A stretch of DNA of 64,000 nt from Malacoraja senta (Eukaryota), in the NCBI GenBank assembly GCA_038087875.1, contig CM075991.1, forward strand, positions 3,348,001-3,412,000. Reading direction: 5' to 3'. Under the pieces are notes generated by a model. That model was given only the letters and a program-made list of their open reading frames with translations, made no database searches and had not been told where the DNA came from. This document shows positions 38,666 through 50,616 of this stretch, in pieces. How positions within the stretch are numbered: position 1 is the stretch's first letter; each line of letters starts with the position of its first letter. The translations under genes and the position numbers were made by a program.

Positions 38666-40143
38666 AGATCTTCGGTTTCCTCCCACACTCCAAAAACGCA
38701 TGGGTTTGTTGGTTAATTGGCTTGGATTTGTACACATGGTATAAGTGTAAATTGTCCCTCATGTGTGTAGGATAGTTTTAATGTTTGTGGATCGCTGGTT
38801 GGCGTGGAATCGGTTGGCCGAAGGGCGCTGTATCTCTACACACTATACACTTTTTGAATCACTGAGTAATGACTTGATGGCCATTGTATTGGAAAGTTGA
38901 TCATATTGAAGAGAGAGGAGGTTTATAAGGAACTCGCCAGGACTGGGAGATTGCATCTATGGAGCCAGGTTGGATGAGAAATGGTTTGGGGCAGCACAGT
39001 GGCACAGCGGGTAGAGCTGCTGCCTCACAGCGCAAGAGACACAGGTTCGATCCTGACCTCTGCCGGTGTCTGCGTGGAGTTTGCACGTTCTCCCTGTGAC
39101 CGCGTGGTCTGTTTTCCTCTCTGATGCTCTGCTTTCCTCTCTGATCCCAAAGGCGTGCAGGTTTGTAGGTTAATTGGCCCTCTGTAAATTGTCCTTAGTG
39201 TGTAGATTCAGGTTAGGACCCATCATCAGACTATTTCTTCAGACTGAAGAAGGGTCCCGACCCAAAATGTCACCTATCCATGTCTGCCAGACTTGCTGAG
39301 ACAACAGGCCCTTCGGCCCACCGAGTCCGCGCCGTCCAGCAATACCCGCACACTAACACTATCCTACACACACGAGGGAGAATTTACAATTTTTCCAAGA
39401 CAATTAACCTACAAGCCTGTACATGGGGGACCCTGGAGAAAATTCACGCAGGTCACGGGGAGAACGTACAAACTCCGTACAGACAGCACCCATTGTCAGG
39501 ATCGAACCCGGGTCCCGACGCTGTAAGGCAGCAACTCTACAGCTGCGCCACCGGGCCGCCTCTTACACTAAAAATCTTCTGCGGTTCCAAAAAATGTACA
39601 TAGCTTTATGGGTCTGAAGAAGGATCTTGACCTGAAGCGTCACCCATTCCTTCTTTGCAGAGATGCTGCCTGTCCCGCTGTGTCTATCATACCATCATTG
39701 ACCTGTGTTGGGTGGGTGGGGACAGGGTGTCTGGTACTTCATTGCTGACCTTCAGGGTAATTATAGAACTGCTCAGCACATTAGGACAGTTATCCTTTGA
39801 CAAACAACAAAGTCAGATCAGTGTTCAGAGCTGCTGAATCCAAATAGCAGATTATTCTGAAATAAAAGACACACAGCACTAGATTAACCCAACAGGTTTC
39901 ACCTTGATCACCCGTTCACACGAGCTCCATGCTATCCCACTGTTGCATCCACTCCCTGGAACACTCACAAGCAATCTAGAGGGGCCAATTAATCTACAAT
40001 AATAAGCACACACGTCTTCAGGGTATTTGGAGGAAACCTGAGCTGCCAGAGAAAACCCACTTGGTCACACGATGGCAGCACAGAGGCACAGTAGAGTTGC
40101 TGCCTTACAGCACCAGTTCAATCCTGACTCTGTATGGAGTTTG

Positions 40144-40603
40144 AAAAACAAACCAAGTCTATCCAACCTCTCCCTGTAGCTGAACCCGTCTAATCTATTG
40201 AATTGAATTGAATTGAATATTGTCACGTGACAAGTCACACTGAAATTCTTTGCTTGGATACCGTACCAAGGTATGCAAATAATCACCCATAAAGAGCGCT
40301 TACAAAGTTACAAATCCCCCACCCCCCCATCCCCCGTGCCAGATCCCCCTTGTTCTTGGTTCTTGGTTTCTTGGTCCTCCAAAATATTCCAAATGGAATT
40401 TAAACTGGAGGTGGTGGAGGGAGGACTTAAGCCAGAAAGGGTTTTGGGAAGAAAGAGCTACCTTTAATTTAGTTGCATCTGGTTGGGTAACTAAAGTAGG
40501 GTGGAGATTATTCCATGCTTTAATTGTGCGGGGGAAGAATGAATTGCTGTACACATCTGTCTTGGTAGCTGGAATCACAAATTGGATCGAATGCCCTTGT
40601 CTG
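40144..40603 (-). repeat. Inverted ~460-bp copy of 41673-42144
   Basis: Near-identical reverse complement that crosses three different repeat segments. Confidence 0.92.
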
Positions 40604-41114
40604 TTTTCTCCAGGTGTTTTGGCTTCCTCCCACATTCCAAAGACGTGCAGGTTTGCAGGTTAATTGGCTTCTGTAAATTTCCCCCAGTGTGTAGGATAGA
40701 ACTAGTGCATGGATGATTGCTGATCCGTGCGGATTCGGTGGGCTGTTTCCACGCCGTATCTCTAAACTAAAGTCGCCAGGAAGAATGTGCAAACTCCACA
40801 CTGATCAGGATCGAACCCAGGCCTCTGGTGCTGTGAGGCAGCAGCTCTACCAGCTGCACCACTGTGCTTCTTCCCAAGATACTAGTGGAACGGGGTACTG
40901 ATTGGGGATGATCAGCCATGATCACATTGAATGGCGGTGCTGGCTCGAAGGGCCGAGTGGCCGAGTGTCCTGCACCTACTGTCTATTGTCTATTGTCTAT
41001 TGAATATCAGACGATATTTTCAAGACAGGCATGGTGGTGCAGTGGTGAGGGAGGGGGAAGAGCAACGGGGACCCGGCGTGGGGGACTGCAATGAGGGAGG
41101 AGGGGAAGAACAAT

Positions 41115-41925
41115 GGTTGAGTGGTCACAACAATGGGGCATGCAGTTCAACCCTTCCAAATGTGAAACCATGCGTGTCACCAGAAAGAGGAATCCAGGCG
41201 AAACATCGTACAATACACTTGGTACCACCCTTGAAGAATCCAAACAAACCAAGTATCTTGGCATCAAATTGCAGAATGATCTGCGTTGGAATGGTCAGAC
41301 TCATCATGCAACGGTGAAAGCAACAGGTGTCCTAAATTTTCTGAGGCGCAACTTTCATCATTGTTCAACTTCTGTCAAAGAGAAGCTATACTTCACCCTC
41401 GTTAGACCTCATTTGGACTACGCAGTTGCAGCATGGGACCCATACACAAACAAAAACATTTCTTCCATCGAACGTGTCCAAAGACAGGCAGCTCAATTTG
41501 TTACTAACACCTATGAGAGAGAAGCGAGTGTTACCAAACTTCTGAATTCTCTGGGGTGGAACCCTCTCCAAGACAGATGTGAAGCTCAACGTTTGACCTG
41601 TTTTTACAAAATGTTAAATGGTCAGCTCGACATAGATGACAAGACCTACACCAAACCCAAACCAATTAGGAGCAGACGAGGGCAATTCAATCCAATTTGT
41701 GATTCCAGCTACCAAGACAGATGTGTACAGCAATTCATTCTTCCCCCGCACAATTAAAGCATGGAATAATCTCCACCCTACTATAGTTACCCAACCAGAT
41801 GCAACTAAATTCAAGGTAGCCCTTTCTTCCCAAAAACCCTTTCTGGCTTAAGTCCTCCCTCCACCACCTCCAGTTTAAATTCCATTTGGAATATTTTGGA
41901 GGACCAAGAAACCAAGAACCAAGAA
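41115..41925 (+). mobile_element. CR1/L2-group LINE of a different lineage, 5'-truncated, with (ACCAAGA)n tail
   Basis: WGMQFNPSKC..YLGI..DLRW..LVRPHLDYAVAAWDPY..IERVQRQAAQFV..SVTKLL..LGW. Confidence 0.85.
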
Positions 41926-44188
41926 CAAGGGGGATCTGGCGCGGGGGATGGGGGTGGGTGGGGGGGGGGGGGGTTTATAACTTTGTAAGCGCTCTTTATG
42001 GGCGATTATTTGCATACCTTGGTACGGTATCCAAGCAAAGAATTTCAGTGTGACTTGTCACGTGACAATGTTCAATTCAATTCAATTCAATAGATTAGAC
42101 GGGTTCAGCTACAGGGAGAGGTTGGATAGACTTGGTTTGTTTTTCCTGGAACTTTGGAGGTTGAAGGGAGACTTGATAGAAATATATAAAATGATGATAG
42201 GCATAGATAGGGTGGACAGTCAGAACCTTTAGAAATGCCCAACGCAAGATGGCATAGCTATAAGGTGAGACGGGGAAAGTTGAATGAAAGTTGGACACAA
42301 AAAACTGGAGGAACTCAGCAGGTCAGGCAGCATCTCTGGAGAAAAAGGTGGGTGACTTTACAGGTCAAGACCCTTCATCAGACTGAAAGTAAAGGTGAGG
42401 GAGGGGATTCCCCTTTCCTTACCTCCAGTTCCCCCCCCCCTCTACTTTCAGTCTGAAGAAGGGTCCCAACCCGAAACGTCACCCATCCATGTTCCCCAGA
42501 GATGCTGCCTGACCCTCTGAGTTACAATTTGTGTCAATCTCTGAAATCCAAGTACCCTCAATCTGTCATGTGATCTTCAATAATACATAGGCAGACAAAA
42601 TTGCTGGAGAAACTCAGCGAGTGAGGCAGCATCTACGGAGCGAAGGAATAGGCGACGTTTCGGGTTGAGACCCTTCTTCAGACTAATAATACATAACTCT
42701 TTCCGTGTGAAACAGTCCAGAGTTTTGCTTCCAAAATAGGCAACAGTTGTTAAACCATTCAAAAAGAAAAAAACAAGCTGCACAATTCAATTCCCAAACG
42801 GATAATGAGGTTTAAATAACTCACTAGGATTTAGATTACATTAAAGATAAAATGCCCTTGTTTGTTGGATTATTGTACGTGAAATTTAGAATGTATTTTC
42901 AAATTTTGTTGATACTTGTCCACTTACCAACCAGAATACCGAAGACTAGGAAGTATTGGCACAGACCATTCCCATGAAAGTTTCTTTTTAATATATTAAA
43001 GAATCCAGAAGCCTTAAGGGAAACTCAAAAGGCCCAGTGCCAAATGTGAACTTGCTGCAGTGTGACAGACGGCAAGGATTGGGTTTTGTCTGTAATACAT
43101 AAGAAGAGTTGTTGTTTTGATCGGAGATCGTACAACGTTTCCTAAGAGGCTATGTTTCCGGAGTTGGAAAGCTAGTGTTCTTCCTAATCGATCATATATC
43201 TGGCGGTCTTTTACTCTTGCACTGCAACTCGGAATTGTAGACTGAGATCTGGGGGTTCGTTTGATGGTTGAGGGGTGTTAACGCATAAAGTCACGAAAAG
43301 CAGCATCAATGGCATAAGTTTTCTGACAGTGTGCATCAAAATATGGAACAAGAACAACTCAACATTCAAAAGACTGAAGACGGGTCTTGACCCGAAACGT
43401 CAGCTGTCTATCTTCTCCAGATATGCTGCCTAACTCGTTGAGTTACTCCAGCATTTTGTGTCCTTTTGTGTATCAACCAGCATCTGCAGTTGCTGGTTTT
43501 CAACATTTAAAATAAATTTGGTAAGGTGCATGGATAGGAAAGGTTTAGCGGGATATGAGCCAAATGCAGAAAGGTGTGACTGGCGTAGATGGGGGATATC
43601 CTGGTCTGTATGGATAACTTGAGCCGAATGGCCTGTTTCCATGCTGTATGACTCTTTTACTCTAACCTTACAAACAGGGCAATAAGAAATAAATAAGAAC
43701 AATTTTTTAACTGTGGAGGTTTACCAAAGAGGACAGTTCTGCTTTTGTTTTGCACGTCTCTGTCTCCGAAGATCTGTGCCATTCTTGACCTCAAATCTTC
43801 CCCCCCAATCTTTCCTTAAAAATTGCAACTGACCCCATGGCAATGTATGTCTCACTCATCATCATACATCAGCTACAACGAGCAACTCTTTGAGTCATCT
43901 ATGTGCACTGTTGGTTAAATGAATGGAATTTGTGAATTTGGAATTTGTAACAACTTCTCATAGTTCCAAGAATCTGTTTCACATGGAAGACTGCAAAGCC
44001 GGGAACCTCTATCGATACGTACATTATGTTTAATAGAAAACTGGTTACTGTTTAGTGTGGCACAACTGGTAGATCTGCTACCTTACAGTGCCAGAGACCC
44101 AGTGTCGATCCTGTCCGCGGGCGCTCTCTGTATGGAGTTTAGTCTCGTTTAGTTTTACGTCACCTGTACCAAGGTACAGTGAAAAGCA

Positions 44189-44398
44189 AAGGTACACAAA
44201 AATGCTGGAGAAACTCAGCGGGTGCAGCAGCATCTATGGAGCGAAGGAAATAGGCAACGTTTCGAGCCTGAAGAAGGGTTTCGGCCCGAAACGTTGCCTA
44301 TTTCCTTCGCTCCATAGATGCTGCTGCACCCGCTGAGTTTCTCCAGCATTTTTGTGTACCTTCGATTTTCAGCATCTGCAGTTCCTTCTTAAACCTAG
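44189..44398. mobile_element. Penelope-type pLTR insertion with inverted partial pLTR
   Basis: ~76-bp perfect inverted arms at 44189-44264 and 44287-44362; AGTGAAAAGCA duplicated at 44178-44188 and 44399-44409. Confidence 0.8.
44268..44295 (+). ncRNA. Minimal hammerhead ribozyme motif (representative of many pLTR copies)
   Basis: CTGAAGA, then A, stem II GGGTTTCGGCCC, GAAAC and GTT. Confidence 0.65.
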
Positions 44399-44798
44399 AG
44401 TGAAAAGCATTTGTTGCCTACTATCCAGTCAGCAGAAAGACCATACATGATTACAATCAAGCCATCCACAGTGTATAGATTCAGGATAGTGGGAATAACG
44501 TTCAGTGCAAGGTAAAGTCCGATCAAAGATAGCAGGAGGCCTTGCAGCAGCCTGGGACTCGCCTGATTTGGGTTGCTGCTCCAGGAGATCGATCGCACGG
44601 ACCAGGCTGGTCTTTGGAAATGTTGCTCCAAAACCATTCTTGCATGCGGTCTTAGTGAACCATTTCTGTACACTCTGCTGATCTGGGATTGGGATTGGGT
44701 ATGTCAATACTTTACTGAACTGTATGCAAAAAACAAAAACAAAATCTCTGTGTGTTTGCACATATGAGAAATGAAATGACCATTGATTGGCCATTGTG

Positions 44799-45496
44799 TA
44801 ACCCATCTCCCACACCAGCAACTAATCCCCACTCATTCCCATCTGCATCCTACCAAACCTTGTCCTCTGAATTCTGAATTTCTCTATCCACGACTGATGA
44901 AGACAGCGTAGAAAAGGCAAGTGTGCTCTCTGAAGATGCACGGCTAGATTTACCGCACGCAAGACTAAGTGGCAGGGACATCATGGCACAGCGGTAGAGT
45001 TGCTGCCTTGCAGCACCAGAGACCCGGGTTCGATCCTGACTGCTAGGCGCTGCCTGCACGGAGTTTGTACGTTCTCCCCCTGACCGCGTGGGTTTTCTCC
45101 AAATGCTCCGGTTTCCTCCCGCATTCCAAAGACGTGCAGGTTTGTAGGTTAATTGGCTTCTGTAAATTGTCCCTAGAGTGTAGGATAGAACTAGTGTAGG
45201 CGGGTCGGCAAGGACTCAATGGGCATGTTTCCATGTTGTATCACTGAAATATTATTTAAAAAATAAATCAATAAATCTTTGGGTTATGTCCACGATAGAA
45301 TTCTGCAGCACCAAGCCCTCACACTCCACATACATTGGCCTGATGTATATCAACAGACACACCTCAAGCTCAAGCTCAAGACATCTCCCACACTCAAATC
45401 AGTCATTGATAGAGAAATTCAGAATTCAGAGGACTGTGTTTTGTACAATGCCAATGGGAATGAGTGGGGATTTGGCGTTGGTGTGGGAGTGGGTTA
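44799..45496. repeat. ~98-bp imperfect inverted repeats enclosing unique DNA and an HE1 SINE (44975-45245)
   Basis: Arms at 44799-44897 and 45399-45496; 27-bp perfect core at 44862-44888 and 45408-45434. Confidence 0.8.
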
Positions 45497-45779
45497 GTCA
45501 GAGGGTGGTGAATCTGTGGAATTCTTTGCCATGGAAGGCTATGGAGGCCAAGTAAGTGGATATATTTAAGGCAGAGATAGATAGATTCTTGATTAGTATG
45601 GGTGTCAGAGGTTATGAGGAAAAGGCAGGAGAATGGGGTTAGGAGTGAGTGATAGATCAGCCATGATTGAATGGCAGTAGACTTAATGGGGCCGAATGGC
45701 CTAATTCTACTCCTATCATTTATGACCTTATGACTTAAATGTCTGTATCACTAATAAATAATCCAACAAATAAATAGGG

Positions 45780-46122
45780 TATGTTTACGAAGGAACTGCA
45801 GATGCTGGTTCACACCAAAGATAGACATAAAATGCTGGAGCAACTCAGCGGGACAGGCAGCATCTCTGGAGAGAAGGAATGGATGATGTTTCGGATCCAG
45901 ACCCTTCTTAAGACTGAGAATCAGAGGAGAGGGAAACTGGAGACATGGAAGGGTGAGGTATGAAAACGACAGATCAAAGCAGACAACGATCAAGGAATTG
46001 TGAATGGTTCATTGTTGGCTGAGGGGAAGGTGACAACGAGGCATACAAACAGTAAAATTAATCAGGACAGTGAAACTGGTCAGAGAACTAGGGTGAGGGA
46101 GGGACAGAGAGAGAGGGAGAGA

Positions 46123-46153
<31 letters not shown>

Positions 46154-46220
46154 GGAAAGCAAGGGTTACTTGAGGTTAGAGAAATCAATACTCGCACTGC
46201 TGGGCTGCAAGCTACGCAGT
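45780..46220 (-). mobile_element. Penelope-like 3' remnant with pLTR and (GA)n
   Basis: Homologous to 19900-20250. Confidence 0.75.
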
Positions 46221-47070
46221 TCAAATCTGAGAAGGTTATTTGGAAGGCAATGGGGGATAAGGAGGTGGATTGGGCAAGGTAAGGTGCGGAGAGTAAGCAC
46301 TGATAACTCATTGAATCCTTATGGCACTCTCAACATCCTGAAACTTAGCATCTTTTCTCTGGTGAACCAGGAGCATTCGCAGTTGCTCCATTTATTGGAA
46401 ACAGATTTTTGGAAACTGCGATGTTTATACTCTGAAAAACAGTAACACATTTCAAAATTATTAAATTCAGAAAGTTGCCTGTCATTTTTTTTTTCAAAAG
46501 CAGAACGCAAATACTTGGCTCCATTGACTACTCTGGCCCTGGATAAGGAGCAATTCTTGCTTCAATCAAAGTCTGCTCTTTGAGCCTCGCCAGTAATAAT
46601 CCTTCATGAAAGTTGATGGATTTGAGAACATGTCCAAGGAATGTATGGTAAAACGGCGCAAGATTATGATCATTACTTGCTGATACTGTGGGGACTGAGG
46701 CTGAAGTAGATGGCCCAGGATTTACTGATTTCAGTCACAAACTATTTACGTCTACCCCTCAGTTTGTTACCCAGCAGAATATCGAACTCCAATCCATTTC
46801 TAGGGTCGTCGAGTCGCGTAGCACAGGAAACAGACTCCTTGATCCAACTCATCCGTGCCGACCAAATTGCTTATCTCAGCTAGTCCCAGATCCTTCTAAA
46901 CCTTTTCCGTACGCCTACCTATAAAATATTCCTTTTAAACGCTGTAATTGTATTTGCCTCTACAACTTATTCTGGCAGCTTGTTCCACATACCAACCACC
47001 CTCTGTCTGAAAAGTTGCTCCCTTCTCTTCTTCTTGCCTAGCCTAAAGTTGTAGGACAATTGTTCTATTT

Positions 47071-47221
47071 GGAGTCAGGTACTTTTCGGCACCGCCGTTT
47101 CGGCACCTCCGTTTATAATATCTGTACTCATCAGAACCCTAACCCTAACCCTAACCCTTACCCTAACCCTTACACCCCAAAACGGCAGCGTCGAAACGGC
47201 AGCGCCGAATGGTACCATTCC
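47071..47221. mobile_element. MULE-like MITE carrying telomeric (CCCTAA)n
   Basis: 9-bp TSD GTTCTATTT/GCTCTATTT; GG...CC ends; subterminal inverted TTCGGC repeats; (AACCCT)n at ~47135-47171. Confidence 0.65.
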
Positions 47222-47258
47222 GCTCTATTTGATCTTATTTGATTGTGCACATCAGGTT

Positions 47259-47312
47259 GATTGCATTCGTCGAAACAGGGTGGATCACGTGAAGGTTGCA
47301 ATCTCCCAACCC
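47259..47312 (-). ncRNA. HDV-like ribozyme fold, copy C (mismatches in P1 and P3)
   Basis: GGGTTGG GA GATTGCA ACC TTCACGT GAT CCACCCT GTTTCGAC GAA TGCAATC. Confidence 0.7.
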
Positions 47313-47949
47313 AGTTGCTCCCTCAGATCCCTTTTAAACCGTTCCACTCTCACCTTCAATCTAGTCCATTGATTCCATGGCTCCAGGAAGAAGGCTGTGA
47401 CCACTCTCTCGATCTACTCCCCTTGTGATTTTATATGCCTCCATAAGATCACCTCTCAGCCTTTGACACTCCAACCATAAAAGATCCAGCCTATTCGGTC
47501 TTTTCTTATAACACAAGCCTTCCAGTCCCAGTCCCAGCCTGGTGAACCTTTTCTGCACACTTTCCAGTTCAGTGAATGGAATTGCTCACAATATTGCAAA
47601 TGTGAACTCACCAACATCTAACGTGATGTCTCAATTCGATTATTCAATGAAGTCCATTGTGCGAAACACCATCTTCACCACAGATAGGCACAAAAATCTG
47701 GAGTAACTCAGAGGGTTGGACAACAGAAGATAGACACAAACTGTTGGAGTAACTCAGCTGGACAGGCAGCATCTCTGAAGAGAAGGAATGGATGACATTT
47801 CGGGTAGAGACCCTTCTTCAGTTGAACAACATCTGTGGAGAAAAGGGATAGATGATATTTCGGGTCGAGACCTTCTTCAGACCCATTTTCCCGACTGTGC
47901 CTACATGTATAACCACTTTCAGGGAACTATGTACTCATACCCATAGTTC

Positions 47950-48240
47950 AGACTTTAGACGTTATAGATACAGCACGAAAACAGGCCCTTTGGCCCACCG
48001 AGTCCGCGCTGACCTACGATAAACTACACACACGAGGGACAATTTAGCAACTTACGGAACTAATCAAAGCCAATTAACCTACAAGCTTGCACATCTTTGG
48101 AGTGTAGGAAGAAACCGGAGCACCCGGCAAAAACCCACACGGTGCAAACTCCGTGCTGACAGCGCCTTTAGTCAGGATCGAACCCGGGTCTCTGGCGCTG
48201 TGAGGCAGCACCACTACCCATTGCGCCACTGTGCAACCCC
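47950..48240 (-). mobile_element. HE1-type SINE
   Basis: A and B boxes on the minus strand, CR1-like tail. Confidence 0.85.
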
Positions 48241-50224
48241 CATTCTCTATGTTCTGCAACAGTGTCCACAAGTTCACAAGTTATAGGAGTAGAATTAGGC
48301 CAGTCAGCCCATCGAGTCTACTCCCCCAATTCAATCATGGCTGATCTGTGCCTCCGAATCACATTTTCCTGCCTTCTCCCCATAACCCTTGACATCCGTT
48401 CTAATCAAAAATGTGTCTATCTCTACCTTAAAAATAACTACTGACTTGGCCTCCACTGCCTTCTTTGGCAATGAGTTCCACAGTTTAACTACAGTCCAGG
48501 CCCTGTCGTTCCAAGCTTCTGGCTGCAGCCCTTCTTAAATAAAAGCACAGCGTTAGATACCATCCAGTTTCTGGTACCTCACCCGTGGCTAACAAGGATA
48601 CAAACTGCTCTGCCAAGGCCCAGCAACTTCTTCCCATACTCACTGCGATATCCTAGGACACACGTGGTCAAGCATAAGGAAGTTATCACCTTTATGCGCT
48701 TTAAGGGTGCCGCACTCCTATTTTGCAAGGTGCTAATGTTTTGAGCCATCACTGTCCTCTTCCTTGAATTCCTTAGCTTCCATGACCTTCTCAGCGGTCA
48801 TAGAGGCATAAGGTCATAAGGTCATCAATGATGGGAGCTGAATTAGGCCATTCGACCCATCGTGGAGGTATTTGAGGCTGGGACTGACTATCCCATCGTT
48901 TAAGAAACAGTTAGACAGGTACATGGATAGGACAGGTTTGGAGGAACTTAACCAAGTGCAGGCAAGTGGGACTAGTGTTGTTGGGACGTTGGCCGGTGTA
49001 GGCAAGTTGGGTCGAAGGGCCTGTTTCCACACTGTATCACTCTATGACTAAGTCTTCTCCGCTATTCAATCGGGGCTGATCTATCTCTTCCTCGTAGACC
49101 CATTTTCCTGCCTTCTCCCCATAACCCCTGACACCTGTACTAATCAATAATCTATCTATCTATGCTTTAGAAATATCCATTGACTTGGCTTCCACAGCCT
49201 TCTGTGGCAAGGAACTCCACAGACTCAGCACCCTGTGTCAGAGAGTGATACAGCACAGAAACAGGTCCTTCGGCCCAACTTGCCCGATCAGTCCAACCTG
49301 TCCCAGCTACACTAGTCCCACCTGCCCGCCTTTGCCCCATATCCCTCAAAACCTGTCCTATCCATGTACCTGTCTCACTGTTGCTTAAACGTTGGGATAG
49401 TCCCAGCCTCAACGACCTCCTCTGGCAGCTCGTTCCACACACCCACCACCCTTTGTGTGAAACAGTACGTACAGATGAGAAATATTAATTTAAGAATGAA
49501 ATATATCGATTTAAGATCTTAGAACAAGTTAGACCCAGGGAATCTAATCAATGCCAGGTAAAGATTTCATTTGTGACACCCAAGCTCACGAGGAATGCTA
49601 TTGTAGAATGAATTGGTTCTCCACTGCACGACTAATGTGATTTCACATGAAATATATTTTTCATAATCCTGTTAAATCTTACAGGTCTGCAAATAATAGA
49701 GAGCGGAATGGCTGCCTCAATCATTCTGACAGGTTCCACTAGCATTAACATGGATCAATATCGCGTGGCCCGCAGAATGAAGAATGCGTTCAGCTGCAAA
49801 ATAGATATCAAGCTTCACACTTTAGTTGGGACAAGTTGTATTGGTGGCAAAACCCAACTTGGACTGTGAAGCAGAGCTTTTAATATTCCGTGCGAGCAGC
49901 CCGGCGTGGGGGGGGGGGGGGGGGGGGATGAGGCTGCGGAGAACTAAGGGGGGCCGTGGGTGGGGGAGACGATGAAGAATGGGTGAGTTAGTACCTTTGT
50001 CAGTGCCTTTGCGGTGCCTCTTTTGTGCACTCTGTATGCAAACACGAAGGGTTTCACTGCACCTAGCTCGGCACAAGTGACAAAACAATATCATCAGCAT
50101 CTTCATCATTATTCCAAAATGGTGAAGTGTTTATTTATTTCTGCAGTGAACTTAAGGCTGAATTATCACAATCTTATGAGATTTTTTTCTGCAATTGAAG
50201 CCACAGCCCCTCAACATCCATGTG

Positions 50225-50616
50225 GGGGAAGGCTGCAGCGCATCGTTCGATCAGCCGAGAAGGTTATTGGCTGCAACCTCCCCCCCCCATCGACGAACTG
50301 TACACTGCAAGGGCCAGGGAGCGAGCAGGTAAGATCATCTCTGACCCCTCTCACCCTGGCCACAAACTTCCCTCTGGAAGGCGACTCCGGACTGTCAAAG
50401 CCGCCACAGCCAGACATAAAAAACAGATTTTTTCCACAAACAGTCTAACTCCTTTTGCTCTGGTATTTTATTTCACTCTTCACATGTTTAAATTACAATG
50501 TTTTATTTGTAATTGTCTACTGTATATCGTGTTGTTACTTGCGGGCAAAGCACCAAGGCAAATTCCTTGTATGTATACATTCTTGGCTAAACAAATGTAG
50601 TCATTCATTCATTCAT
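50225..50616 (+). mobile_element. Rex1/Babar LINE 3' end
   Basis: LQRIVRSAEKVIG..IDELY..RAGKIISDPSHPGH..LPSGRR; (CATT)n tail. Confidence 0.85.

Larger units (their letters stand above)
47024..47312 (-). mobile_element. HDV-ribozyme-headed short retroposon, copy C (split by a MULE-like MITE)
   Basis: TSD AGTTGCTCCCT at 47013-47023 and 47313-47323; homologous to 62884-63025. Confidence 0.85.

Noticed and set aside
42920..43330. Unique DNA with a strong minus-strand donor (G|GTAAGT near 42928), a possible exon
   Set aside because: No ATG-initiated or fully open frame leads to the donor and there is no recognisable homology; it could be a non-coding exon but that is unsupported
46319..46440. 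Minus-strand acceptor-like TTTTTCAG followed by short open frames
   Set aside because: Peptides are unrecognisable and no partner exons were found
47135..47171. Telomeric repeat as a chromosome end or fusion scar
   Set aside because: Only about 6 units, enclosed within a TSD-flanked MITE
49685..49870. ~60-codon open frame after a CTTACAG acceptor-like site
   Set aside because: No known protein similarity; this length is expected by chance
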